Part shown: piece after piece, positions 38,066 to 47,143 of the stretch
Layout of the letters: each line of letters begins with the position of its first letter
Numbering within the stretch: the stretch's first letter is position 1
Source of the DNA: Polyangiaceae bacterium
Lineage (GTDB): Bacteria > Myxococcota_A > Polyangia > Polyangiales > Polyangiaceae
Reading direction: 5' to 3'
DNA: 64,000 nucleotides
Assembly: GCA_965222375.1 (NCBI GenBank)
Contig: CBDCTZ010000016.1
Location: 3,136,001-3,200,000, forward strand
Translations under genes and position numbers: made by a program
Notes under the pieces: generated by a model
What the model was told of the DNA's origin: nothing
The model's database searches: none
The model's input: only the letters and a program-made list of their open reading frames with translations

Positions 38066-38740
38066 ATGGTTGATCCAGTGACAGGTCCCGCTTCGACGAC
38101 TTCTTTGAGCTCCAGTCTGACCGGCGGGCAGGCGATGGGGCAGGACGCCTTCTTGAAGTTGCTCGTGGCGCAGTTGAAGCACCAGGACCCTCTGAAGCCT
38201 CAGGACGGCTCCGAGTTCGTTGCAGAACTGGCCCAGTTCTCCTCCCTGGAGCAGACCATGGGCATCAATGAGCGCCTGGACACCTTGGCGCTGCAGAACC
38301 AAGGCCTCGCCAACACCGAAGTGGTGGCTCTGGTGGGCAAGCAGGCAACCGTTCGTGGCAACTTGGTCACCTCCGACGGCACGGGAGTTGGCACTCCCCT
38401 GGCATTCGACCTGGCCAGCGCGGCGAGCGAGGTCACGGTGACGATTCGCAACCAAGCCGGACAGGTCGTGCGTAGTTTCGACGTGGGCGCGAAGAACGCC
38501 GGTACCGTGCAACTGCAATGGGACGGTCGTAACGATGCGGGCATCGTACAGCCCGCTGGTAGCTACAGCGTCGCAGTGACTGCGAAGGACGCCGGAGACA
38601 ACCCGGTGGGGGTCACTCAAGAAACCAAGGGCATCGTGACCGCGGTGTCCTTCGACAAGGGTTATCCGGTCCTGCATCTCGGAAACGGGATCAGTGTGCC
38701 GGTATCCGACCTGCTGCGGGTCGACACAGTAAACAAATAA
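38066..38740 (+). CDS. flgD: Hook cap FlgD
   Basis: FLKLLVAQLKHQDPLKP, LAQFSSLEQ, WDGRN. Confidence 0.95.
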   Translation: MVDPVTGPASTTSLSSSLTGGQAMGQDAFLKLLVAQLKHQDPLKPQDGSEFVAELAQFSSLEQTMGINERLDTLALQNQGLANTEVVALVGKQATVRGNLVTSDGTGVGTPLAFDLASAASEVTVTIRNQAGQVVRSFDVGAKNAGTVQLQWDGRNDAGIVQPAGSYSVAVTAKDAGDNPVGVTQETKGIVTAVSFDKGYPVLHLGNGISVPVSDLLRVDTVNK

Positions 38741-38775
38741 CCAAGAGCGAGGAAATGCGAGAGCAGGAGGCCTAA

Positions 38776-40071
38776 ATGGTATTGCGGGCAATGTATTCAG
38801 GAGTTTCAGGCTTGCGCGCGGAAGGCGAAGCGCTCGGTGTGGTTGGTGACAACATCTCCAACGTCAACACCGTGGGTTTCAAGGGCCAGCGCGTGATCTT
38901 TCACGATGTGCTCGGGCACTCGATTCTGGCGGGCAGCGCTTCTGCCCTTCCGGGATCTGGCGTTCGTGTCGGCGGGATTCAACAGCTCTTCACCCAGGGC
39001 TCGTTGGCGAACACCGGCGTCGCTACGGACCTCGCCTTGAACGGCGACGGCTTCTTCGTAGTGGAAGGCTCGGTCGCAGGGGTGTCGGGTAACTTCTACT
39101 CGCGCGCCGGACAATTCGTGATCAACAACGAGGGCTACCTCGTCAACTCGAGTGACCTCAAGGTGCAGGGCTATGCGGCCAACCCGGATGGCACTTTTGC
39201 GGCGAGCATTTCGTCGCTGAAGGTTCCAACCGCGGCGCTGCCACCCAACGCCACCACAGCCGTCGAGATGACTGCGAACCTAGACTCGGCGGCCACCGTG
39301 CCGACGCTGCCCTGGGACGCGCAGGATCCGGCGAACACTTCGAACTTCTCGAGTTCGATTACCGTCTACGACTCTCTCGGCAACTCCCACAGCCTTGACG
39401 TCTACTTCCGAAAGACGGGTGCAAACACCTGGGAGTATCACGCGCTTGCGAATGGCGACGAACTTCAGCCGCCGTCCCCCGGTCTGAACGTGGAAGTTGG
39501 TACCGGCAGTCTCGACTTCACCACTAGTGGTGCGTTGAACACGGTCACCGCTGGCACGCCAATCAGCGTCTCCTTCGATGGAGCGACAGCGGCCCAGGCC
39601 ATCACCCTCGACTTCGGCACGCCGATCGCTGGTGGTGGAACAGGCTTGGACGGCACGACGCAGTTCGCGTCACCCTCCAACATCTCGGCACAGTCCCAGG
39701 ACGGTTACTCGTCCGGAGACTTCGCTGGTGTTGCCGTCGACGGCCAAGGCGTCGTCATGGGTCTGTACACCAATGGTGAGAAGGTTGCCGTCGGTCAGCT
39801 TGGAATCGCAAAGTTCCGAGCCAACGAAGGGCTCGGCCGAGCTGGCCAAGGCCTTTGGATCGAAACCCGGGAGAGCGGCAACGCTGCGATGGGTACAGCC
39901 GCCAGCGGCGGCCGAGCAGCGGTCTCAGCTGGAGCACTCGAGAGCTCGAACGTGGACTTGGCGGAGGAATTCGTCGGGCTGATTCAGCATCAGCGCTCGT
40001 TCTCCGCGAACTCCAAGACCATCACTACCGCTGACGAGATGTTGCAGGAACTCATCAACATCAAGCGGTAA
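38776..40071 (+). CDS. flgE: Hook protein FlgE
   Basis: VGDNISNVNTVGFK, VYDSLGNSH, LESSNVDLAEEF. Confidence 0.96.
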   Translation: MVLRAMYSGVSGLRAEGEALGVVGDNISNVNTVGFKGQRVIFHDVLGHSILAGSASALPGSGVRVGGIQQLFTQGSLANTGVATDLALNGDGFFVVEGSVAGVSGNFYSRAGQFVINNEGYLVNSSDLKVQGYAANPDGTFAASISSLKVPTAALPPNATTAVEMTANLDSAATVPTLPWDAQDPANTSNFSSSITVYDSLGNSHSLDVYFRKTGANTWEYHALANGDELQPPSPGLNVEVGTGSLDFTTSGALNTVTAGTPISVSFDGATAAQAITLDFGTPIAGGGTGLDGTTQFASPSNISAQSQDGYSSGDFAGVAVDGQGVVMGLYTNGEKVAVGQLGIAKFRANEGLGRAGQGLWIETRESGNAAMGTAASGGRAAVSAGALESSNVDLAEEFVGLIQHQRSFSANSKTITTADEMLQELINIKR

Positions 40072-40115
40072 TAGACAAACCATACGACCCGCACCACGAG
40101 GCACTTCGTTCTGAA

Positions 40116-40145
40116 GCCGGTCGGGGACGTAAGTCCCCGGCCGGC
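40116..40145 (+). other. Strong GC hairpin after flgE (terminator or mRNA stabiliser)
   Basis: GCCGGTCGGGGAC-GTAA-GTCCCCGGCCGGC, no U tract. Confidence 0.55.
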
Positions 40146-40171
40146 GACTCGCGGCCCACGGGAGTAGTCAG

Positions 40172-40660
40172 ATGGCAGAAGACGAACAAGAGACCCAAGA
40201 ACCGCCGAAGAAGAAAGGCAAACTGGTTTTCATCATTGTGGGCGTCGTTGTGGTCCTCGGCGTTGGTGCCGGAGGTGTTTTCTTGGGATCCAAGATCATG
40301 CCGGCCAAGGCAGAGGTCGCAGCGGAACCGGCGCCTTCAGCTCAAGAAGCCCAAATTTCCTCCACAGCCAAGTTTCACCCGATCGTAGTGGACGTGCGCG
40401 GTGAGGAGGGCTCTGTCCACCACATGAAGGTCGTGCTGAGCTTCGAGCTCGCCGACGGTGTCAGCGAAGAGGAGTTCAAGAAGTTCGCGCCGCGCGGCCG
40501 GGAAGCCGCGATCAGTTACCTGCGCGCTCAGACCTTCGAATTCGTGACTGACCCAAAGAATTTCGAGAAAGTGACCACGGAACTTACCAAGCGCGCGACT
40601 GAAGGCATCGGTGCCAAGCGGATTGAGCGCGCCCTGATCACGGACTTCGTGTCCCAGTGA
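40172..40660 (+). CDS. fliL: Basal-body associated protein FliL
   Basis: KKKGKL followed by a TM segment; ends ITDFVSQ. Confidence 0.85.
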   Translation: MAEDEQETQEPPKKKGKLVFIIVGVVVVLGVGAGGVFLGSKIMPAKAEVAAEPAPSAQEAQISSTAKFHPIVVDVRGEEGSVHHMKVVLSFELADGVSEEEFKKFAPRGREAAISYLRAQTFEFVTDPKNFEKVTTELTKRATEGIGAKRIERALITDFVSQ

Positions 40661-40661
40661 C

Positions 40662-41648
40662 ATGATCCGGTCTCTCTCTCCAGGTACCTTACCCGGCAGC
40701 GTCGCTCCCGGTGCGCAGCCCGAAGGCCCGGTGGTACCGTCTCATCGTCCCGTCAATCTATCGGAAAGGCCACGCCGGCGTTCGGAGCACGCAGGCCCCA
40801 GGTTACTCGACCTTACCGGCAAAGAGCGCCACTTGCGTGCGGCGTTGCACGCGATGGGGCTGGTGGCGCAGAACTTCTGCAGAGCGGCGCGCCGAACACT
40901 TCCGTTTCTGGTCCGCCGACGGGCGCGTCTGGTGCCCGCTGCAGTGGCCATCAGTGACGCGTTTTCGTATTCCGATACCGCTCCAGAGCTTTCCTTCGAG
41001 GTGCGGCTAGAAGACCACGATAGCCCTGCCTGGGGGCGACTGACCGTGGACCCGCGGGCTCTGGGCTTGCTGTTGGATGGCGCGCTGGGCGGAGATTCCA
41101 GCGACGTTTCGGCCCTGGATGCTGACCTCACGTTGGCGCAAGCGGCGTTGGTCGGGCGCATTGCTCGCTCCTTGGCCGATGATCTTTGCACAGCTGTGGA
41201 AGAGGAAGTCGGCCTCGGCATGAAGGTCGTGTCCTCTCGCTGTCTGCGCGCGGGGGAGCACCTGGATGCCCCGGACACGGACGGGCTCAGTGTCAATTGT
41301 CTGTTCGAGGGCATCGGCGACGGAGCCGCCATTCGCATTGCGGTTAGCGCAGAAGTTCTGGAAGCGGCGGTACGAGAACAGAACGGCGAAGACGAACCCG
41401 TCGCGGGCGACCCACGCATGGCCGACGCAATCCAAGAGGTCCCTCTCGAGGTCGTCGCTGTGCTCGGAACTTTGACACTTGGACTGAGGCAAGTTTTGAC
41501 ACTTCACACCGGTCAGGTGCTTCGGCTGCCCGCCGCAGTGGATGACCCTGTCACGGTGCGAGTGGCTGGTTTGCCGAAGTTTTGGGCCGTTCCGGTGGTG
41601 TCGCGAGGGCAAATTGGCGTGCGGGTGCACGGTCGGCACGAAGAATGA
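40662..41648 (+). CDS. fliM: Divergent C-ring protein FliM
   Basis: LLDGALGG middle motif and C-terminal SpoA domain (VPLEVVAVLG...GQVLRL); between fliL and fliN. Confidence 0.75.
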   Translation: MIRSLSPGTLPGSVAPGAQPEGPVVPSHRPVNLSERPRRRSEHAGPRLLDLTGKERHLRAALHAMGLVAQNFCRAARRTLPFLVRRRARLVPAAVAISDAFSYSDTAPELSFEVRLEDHDSPAWGRLTVDPRALGLLLDGALGGDSSDVSALDADLTLAQAALVGRIARSLADDLCTAVEEEVGLGMKVVSSRCLRAGEHLDAPDTDGLSVNCLFEGIGDGAAIRIAVSAEVLEAAVREQNGEDEPVAGDPRMADAIQEVPLEVVAVLGTLTLGLRQVLTLHTGQVLRLPAAVDDPVTVRVAGLPKFWAVPVVSRGQIGVRVHGRHEE

Positions 41649-41666
41649 ATGTAGCAGTCGATCAGC

Positions 41667-42068
41667 ATGAGCGACTCGAGCGTCAGTCCCCCGCCCAGCC
41701 CGGCAACGGCTGAGCGCCGTCCTTCCGTTTTGCCTACCGCCGATGGGTCGGTGTCACCCATCGCGGCCACCGTAGCCGAGGCCCCGCCGCCGCCAGCGTT
41801 GCGCGGGATCGACTCCCTCGGCTTCGTGATGGATGTGCCCGTCGAACTGACCATCGAGTTGGGGCGGAAGGCGGTCAAGATCTCGGAGGTACTGCGACTC
41901 GGCCCCGGTTCCGTCATAGAACTGTCGAAGGCCAACGGGGAACCCCTCGACATCTATGTCAACAACCGACTCATTGCTCGCGGCGAGGCGGTGGTTCTCG
42001 GCGAGCGATACGGCATCCGGTTGACCGAGGTGCTCGTCAACGACGACGGGCGGAAGGGCGCGCAATGA
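41667..42068 (+). CDS. fliN: C-ring protein FliN
   Basis: DVPVELTIELGR, GSVIEL, IARGEAVV, YGIRLTE. Confidence 0.95.
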   Translation: MSDSSVSPPPSPATAERRPSVLPTADGSVSPIAATVAEAPPPPALRGIDSLGFVMDVPVELTIELGRKAVKISEVLRLGPGSVIELSKANGEPLDIYVNNRLIARGEAVVLGERYGIRLTEVLVNDDGRKGAQ

Positions 42069-42829
42069 ATCGAGCCATTCCAGCAGTGCTTGCCGTCGCG
42101 CTCATGCTCGTGTCGGGGGTTGCCTCGTCGCAGACGGCAGATGCGCCGGACGCGTCCGTTGAGGGGTCGCGCTCGTGGCTGTCATCGCGTTCCAGTGCGC
42201 CCCCGCTGTCGGTCGCCACCAAAGACACGGCACCGAGCCCTTGGCGCAGCGCCGCCCTGCTGTTGGTGCTGGCTGGGCTTGGCGGTGGAGCGCTTTATAT
42301 GCGTTACAAGCGGCGCAAGACAGTCCCGAGGCGTGAGACGCCAGCGCTGTCGATCGTTGCTTCCACCCGAGTAGGTCCGAAGGCGCACGCGGTCATGGCC
42401 CGCGTGGGTGGCCGCACACTTTTACTCGGAGTCACGGACCACTCGGTTCAGCGGATCGCGTGGTTGGAGGACGAACCAGAACCCGAGGCAGAAGCCGTGG
42501 AGGACGAGCAGCCTGATCTTTGGGACGGGCCTACGACGACCGCGCTGCACGCACCGCCCGAGCGCCAGCGACGCGTCATGCGTCCCACCGTTCCCATTGC
42601 CACGACCACGCAGAGCCCTCAGCGCGCAGGGTTTCGGGATGTGCTCATGACAGCGTTGGGGCGCCCCGCGGACGCCGCACCAGTCACGGCTCCCGCTCCG
42701 CGGACCGCCGCCCTCGCTATCGCAGAAGAAACCCAGGACCGCTACGTTCCTAGTCGACGACGCGAAGAAGTCTTGGAGGTCGAGAGTCAAGCCGCTGGGC
42801 TGATTGCCCGGTTGGACGGATTGTCATGA
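42065..42829 (+). CDS. fliO: Export scaffold FliO
   Basis: Signal-like N-terminus, TM segment, VGPK...VGGRTLLLGVT. Confidence 0.8.
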   Translation: MNRAIPAVLAVALMLVSGVASSQTADAPDASVEGSRSWLSSRSSAPPLSVATKDTAPSPWRSAALLLVLAGLGGGALYMRYKRRKTVPRRETPALSIVASTRVGPKAHAVMARVGGRTLLLGVTDHSVQRIAWLEDEPEPEAEAVEDEQPDLWDGPTTTALHAPPERQRRVMRPTVPIATTTQSPQRAGFRDVLMTALGRPADAAPVTAPAPRTAALAIAEETQDRYVPSRRREEVLEVESQAAGLIARLDGLS

Positions 42830-43482
42830 ACGGCGTGGACGGGCTTCTGCAAGGGCAACAGCTCGCGCCATCCCTCAAGATCCTCGCGATCGTCACGATA
42901 CTCTCGCTGCTGCCGGCGATTGTTCTGACCTGTACGTCCTTCGTGCGCACGGTGATCGTGCTGTCCTTCGTACGTCAAGGCATCGGCACGCAGACTCCGC
43001 CAAGCCAGGTGATCATCGGCTTGTCGCTATTCCTCACGCTGTTCACCATGGCTCCCGTCTTCGACGAAATGAAGAAGGCTGCCTATGACCCCTACCAGGC
43101 GGGACAGATCACTGAGACCCAGGCCTTGGACAAGGCCGTTGTTCCCCTGAAAAGGTTCATGCTGCGCCAGACCCGGGAGGCAGATCTGCGCCTCTTCTAC
43201 GACGTGACCAAGGAACCACTGCCCGCGACGGCGGATGAGGTGCCTCTGCGTTTGGCAGTGCCAGCCTTCGTGGTTTCGGAACTGACCACTGCGTTCCAAA
43301 TGGGCGTGATCGTTCTCTTGCCCTTCTTGGTTGTGGACCTGGCCGTTGCTTCTCTGCTCATGAGCATGGGCATGATGATGGTCCCGCCGACTACCTTGTC
43401 CCTACCCATCAAGTTACTCCTATTCGTACTAGTTGACGGATGGAGCCTACTTGCCGGCTCGTTGCTGCGGAGTTTCGTATGA
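42826..43482 (+). CDS. fliP: Export gate FliP
   Basis: TSFVRTVIVLS, QTPPSQV, PAFVVSEL, MGMMMVPP, LFVLVDGW. Confidence 0.95.
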   Translation: MNGVDGLLQGQQLAPSLKILAIVTILSLLPAIVLTCTSFVRTVIVLSFVRQGIGTQTPPSQVIIGLSLFLTLFTMAPVFDEMKKAAYDPYQAGQITETQALDKAVVPLKRFMLRQTREADLRLFYDVTKEPLPATADEVPLRLAVPAFVVSELTTAFQMGVIVLLPFLVVDLAVASLLMSMGMMMVPPTTLSLPIKLLLFVLVDGWSLLAGSLLRSFV

Positions 43483-43748
43483 GCACTGACGGTGCAGTCG
43501 AGCTCCTCCGTAATGCCATGATCGTCACGGCCATGGTAGCCGGCCCGTTGTTGTTGGCCGCTCTGCTCATGGGCCTGGTGGTTGGCGTGTTGCAGGCGGC
43601 GACCCAAGTCAACGAAGCCAGCATCAGCTTCGTGACCAAACTGATCGCAATCGCAACGATGTTCCTGCTGCTCGGCTCTTGGACCTTGCGCCAAATGGTC
43701 GACTACACGCACCGCACGATTGCATCCATTTCCGATGTGACGCGGTGA
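43479..43748 (+). CDS. fliQ: Export gate FliQ
   Basis: GLVVGVLQAATQVNEASISFVTK. Confidence 0.95.
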   Translation: MSTDGAVELLRNAMIVTAMVAGPLLLAALLMGLVVGVLQAATQVNEASISFVTKLIAIATMFLLLGSWTLRQMVDYTHRTIASISDVTR

Positions 43749-44527
43749 ACACTCTCAATCAGATCGCGACCCTGGAACTATACGCCTTCCTCTTGGAAGG
43801 CGTCCGCATATTGGGCGTGCTGCTGATCGCTCCCCTGTCTTGGTCCGTGGCCCCGGCGCGAGTGCGCGCTGGCTTGGTCATCGTGCTGGCGGTCGTTGCG
43901 CACGGGCAAACCCCCGCGGACTCGGCTGTGCTCGACTCCCTCGTCGCCCTGGCCCTGGCATTGGGCGCCGAGTTTGTCTTGGGCCTGGCGATGGGCTTCG
44001 TCGTGCGGCTCAGCATCGCTGTCGCTGAGATTGCCGCCGAGGGTGTGGCGCCACTGATTGGTTTGGGCATCGCCCAAGTGTTCGACCCGGCCATCTCGGG
44101 CAGCCAAAACGTGCTTGCGAAGTTGTTCCGCAATTTCGCCATCTTGTTGGCCGTCGTTGCCGGAGTGCATCGCGTGGTGCTGGGCGCCTTGTTGCAGAGC
44201 TTCAGGATCCTGCCCCCAGGAACACCGTCCTCGGTTCACCTCACGGTGCCGTCCATCTTGCAGTTGAGTGCGGATGCTCTGGCGTCGGGCGTGCGCATCG
44301 CCGTTCCCCTTATCGCCATCCTCTTCATGACCCAGATCGCTCTCGCGTTCATTTCCCGAGCTGCGCCTGCGATGCAGATTTTTTCGATCGGCTTCGCAGT
44401 CACGTTGCTCGTTGGAATGAGCGTGCTGATTCTCGCCTCCCCGGATATGGGGCATCAAATTCTCGTTGACCTCTCCCACGTCGGGCGGCGAATCGAAACG
44501 CTGCTCCTCGTTCTGACGACTGGATGA
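43745..44527 (+). CDS. fliR: Export gate FliR
   Basis: Hydrophobic; GLGIAQVFDP, SRAAPAMQIFSIGF. Confidence 0.93.
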   Translation: MNTLNQIATLELYAFLLEGVRILGVLLIAPLSWSVAPARVRAGLVIVLAVVAHGQTPADSAVLDSLVALALALGAEFVLGLAMGFVVRLSIAVAEIAAEGVAPLIGLGIAQVFDPAISGSQNVLAKLFRNFAILLAVVAGVHRVVLGALLQSFRILPPGTPSSVHLTVPSILQLSADALASGVRIAVPLIAILFMTQIALAFISRAAPAMQIFSIGFAVTLLVGMSVLILASPDMGHQILVDLSHVGRRIETLLLVLTTG

Positions 44528-44531
44528 GCCG

Positions 44532-45599
44532 ATGTCCCAGAACGACGATGCCGAAAAAACAGAGGAGGCAACTCCAGAACGGAGGAAAAAGGCTCGCGAG
44601 GAAGGCCAGATCCCCAAAGCGAAGGATGCCGGCGCCGTCGCCGCATCCTTCGCCGTGCTGTTGGGATTGGTGGCGTTCGGTGATGAGCTTGTCGCCGCCG
44701 TTCGGGTCTTTGCGACCAGCTGCCTCGGGCAACCCCGGGAGCTTTCCCAAGGCGGGTTCGACCGAGTGGGCCAGATGGCGGGTGGAGTCCTTGCCGTGAC
44801 GTCCATTCCTCTCGCCATGGCTGCAGCAATAGCGGCTACCGGCATGGGATTCCTTGAAGCTGGATACATGCCTCGCGCGGAGCTGGTGGCGCCGAAATGG
44901 AACCGCTTGTCACCCTTGAACAAGCTCAAGCAGCTGTTCTCGCCGGTGTCCGGCACGACGAACACCCTGCTTGCTCTCGCTCGGGTGGGCGTTGTGGGTG
45001 GGGTCGCCTACTACGTATGCGCCGATGCATTTCCTGCGCTGACGCGCATGTCTCGGGCGCCCCTGTCTGGAAGCATCATCGCGATTGCAGATGTGGCGGC
45101 GCGATTGGCTCTATGGGCGACTCTCGCGTTGGCGGCCCTGGCCGTCGTCGACTACGCGCAAGCCTGGTTCAAGCACGAAAAGCAGATCCGCATGAGCCGC
45201 CAAGAGGTCAAGGACGAGATGAAGCAGCAAGAGGGCGACCCTCAGCTGAAGTCACGCCAGCGGGCAAAGGCTCGGGAGTTGGCCAAACGCAACATTGCAA
45301 AGGAACTCAAGACTGCCGACGTCGTCATCACCAACCCAACCCACGTGGCCGTTGCTGTGCGCTATCGGCCTCAGGAGGGAGCGCCGGTAGTGGTAGCCAA
45401 AGGTTTCGACGACGTTGCCCAGTACATCAAGGAGTTGGCCAAGGAGCTAGAGATCCCGACTGTGGAGAACGTCCCCCTAGCCCGTGGTTTGGCGGACCAG
45501 GTGCGAGTCGGTCGCGCTATTCCCGTGGAGCTCTATGCAGCCGTCGCCGAAGTGCTCGCCTTCGTCTACAGACTGCAGGGGCGCGGGCGGAGGGCCTAG
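44532..45599 (+). CDS. flhB: Export switch protein FlhB
   Basis: EKTEEAT, EGDPQLK, NPTH autocleavage site, VAEVLAFVY. Confidence 0.96.
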   Translation: MSQNDDAEKTEEATPERRKKAREEGQIPKAKDAGAVAASFAVLLGLVAFGDELVAAVRVFATSCLGQPRELSQGGFDRVGQMAGGVLAVTSIPLAMAAAIAATGMGFLEAGYMPRAELVAPKWNRLSPLNKLKQLFSPVSGTTNTLLALARVGVVGGVAYYVCADAFPALTRMSRAPLSGSIIAIADVAARLALWATLALAALAVVDYAQAWFKHEKQIRMSRQEVKDEMKQQEGDPQLKSRQRAKARELAKRNIAKELKTADVVITNPTHVAVAVRYRPQEGAPVVVAKGFDDVAQYIKELAKELEIPTVENVPLARGLADQVRVGRAIPVELYAAVAEVLAFVYRLQGRGRRA

Positions 45600-45626
45600 C
45601 TATCATGCAGGTACCGGACTTTGTCC

Positions 45627-45652
45627 TCAAGTTCTGCCTGCCAGGCCGTTCC
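45627..45652 (+). promoter_or_regulatory. sigma28-like promoter (14-nt spacer) of the REC-HDOD gene
   Basis: TCAA-N14-GCCGTTCC. Confidence 0.45.
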
Positions 45653-45777
45653 ATTCCCGTAGGAGCAGATGTTACGCGGGGCAAACTGGCGGGCGTCGCG
45701 CTGCATGTGGGGATGAACGCTGTGGGCCGATCTGACGACTTCGACAACCGACTCGCCACGGGCGCCGGGAGCCCTCG

Positions 45778-47067
45778 ATGAAGTTGCTCTTCGTCGACGA
45801 CGAACCCAATGTGCTGCGAGGCCTCTCACGCTTGCTTTTTCAGTACAGCGACGAGTGGGACATGCACTTTTCGTCCAGTGGGGAGGAGGCATTGCGTGTC
45901 TTGAGCGAGGACCCCATCGACGTCCTGGTGACCGACATGCGCATGCCCGGGATGGACGGCGCCAAGCTGCTCGAGATCGTGCACGAGAAACACCCTCGGG
46001 TCGCGCGGGTCGTGCTTTCCGGTCATACGGAGCTGGAAGTTGCGCTGCGAGCCATGCCCGTGGCGCATCAATTTCTCGCCAAGCCGTGTCCAGCCGAGGC
46101 GCTGCGTGGCGTCCTGGAGAGGGCTGCGCGTTTGCATACCTTGGTTGAAGATCCGGTTCTTCAACAGCTCGTCGGCGGGCTTTCGGCCTTGCCCGCTCGA
46201 CCGACGGTGTTCTTCGAGTTGAATCGAGTGCTGGCTCAAGACAAGGCCGGCGCGCGGGATGTTGCCAAGGTGATCGGTGACGACGTCGGTATCAGCGCGA
46301 CGGTGTTGCACTTGGTCAACTCTGCCTTCTTTGGTGCGTCATCCCAGATAAGGGCCGTGGACGCCGCCGTGGCGCGCCTGGGAGTCAACGTGGTCAAGTC
46401 AGTTGTCCTGAGCGCAGAAGTTGCCCGAGCATTCCAAGTGGCACCGGCCCACGCCGACTACATCGACGCGGTCACCCAAGCCTCGCTCAGGGTCGCCCGC
46501 GTCGCCCAGGCCATCGCACCAAAGCTCGTGACCCGTCGCGGAGCCGCGGATGCCGTCTCGGATGTGTTCATGTCGGGCATTCTGCACCGCGTGGGTCTGT
46601 TGGTGCTGGCCGCCAAGGCGCCCGCGCGCTTGCTCGAACTGCGAGAAGCTCGAGAAGGCTCGGACGAGTCGGAAGCCGAGCTGGAACGCAGGATTCTGGG
46701 CACGACCCATCCGGACATCGGCGCCTATCTGTTGGGCCTGTGGGGGTTGCCCTACGACATCAGCGAGGCGGTGCAGTTTCATCGCCTGCCCGAGGCGCTT
46801 GCTGGCCAGGGTTGGTCCCCAGGAGCGGTGCTCGCTCTGGCGCGCGCCCTGGTCGACGAGCTCGACGCACCTTCAGAAGCCCCAGATGTCGAAGTCACCG
46901 TCGATGCACTGCGATGCGACGCGAACCTCAGCGAGCTGCGCGAGGTTCGAGATCGTGTCTGCTGCGCTGAGCACGACAGCGGGCGTCGGAGCGGTGACGA
47001 CCTACGGCGCCAGTCCTCTGGCGCTTCAGGCCGCAAGCGCCGCCATCCAGGCAGCGGCGATGTGTGA
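45778..47067 (+). CDS. Response regulator with REC and HDOD domains
   Basis: LLFVDDEP, TDMRMPGMDG, LHLVNSAFF, GAYLLGLWGLP. Confidence 0.9.
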   Translation: MKLLFVDDEPNVLRGLSRLLFQYSDEWDMHFSSSGEEALRVLSEDPIDVLVTDMRMPGMDGAKLLEIVHEKHPRVARVVLSGHTELEVALRAMPVAHQFLAKPCPAEALRGVLERAARLHTLVEDPVLQQLVGGLSALPARPTVFFELNRVLAQDKAGARDVAKVIGDDVGISATVLHLVNSAFFGASSQIRAVDAAVARLGVNVVKSVVLSAEVARAFQVAPAHADYIDAVTQASLRVARVAQAIAPKLVTRRGAADAVSDVFMSGILHRVGLLVLAAKAPARLLELREAREGSDESEAELERRILGTTHPDIGAYLLGLWGLPYDISEAVQFHRLPEALAGQGWSPGAVLALARALVDELDAPSEAPDVEVTVDALRCDANLSELREVRDRVCCAEHDSGRRSGDDLRRQSSGASGRKRRHPGSGDV

Positions 47068-47115
47068 ACCGCGTGCTTTGTTGGTGGACGTGGACACAGC
47101 GCGCGCCTGAACACG

Positions 47116-47131
47116 TGGCACGCTTCTGGCA
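47116..47131 (+). promoter_or_regulatory. sigma54-like promoter of flhA-flhF-fliA
   Basis: TGGCAC-GCTTC-TGGCA (GG-N10-GC). Confidence 0.65.
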
Positions 47132-47143
47132 CTCGCTTGGTGC

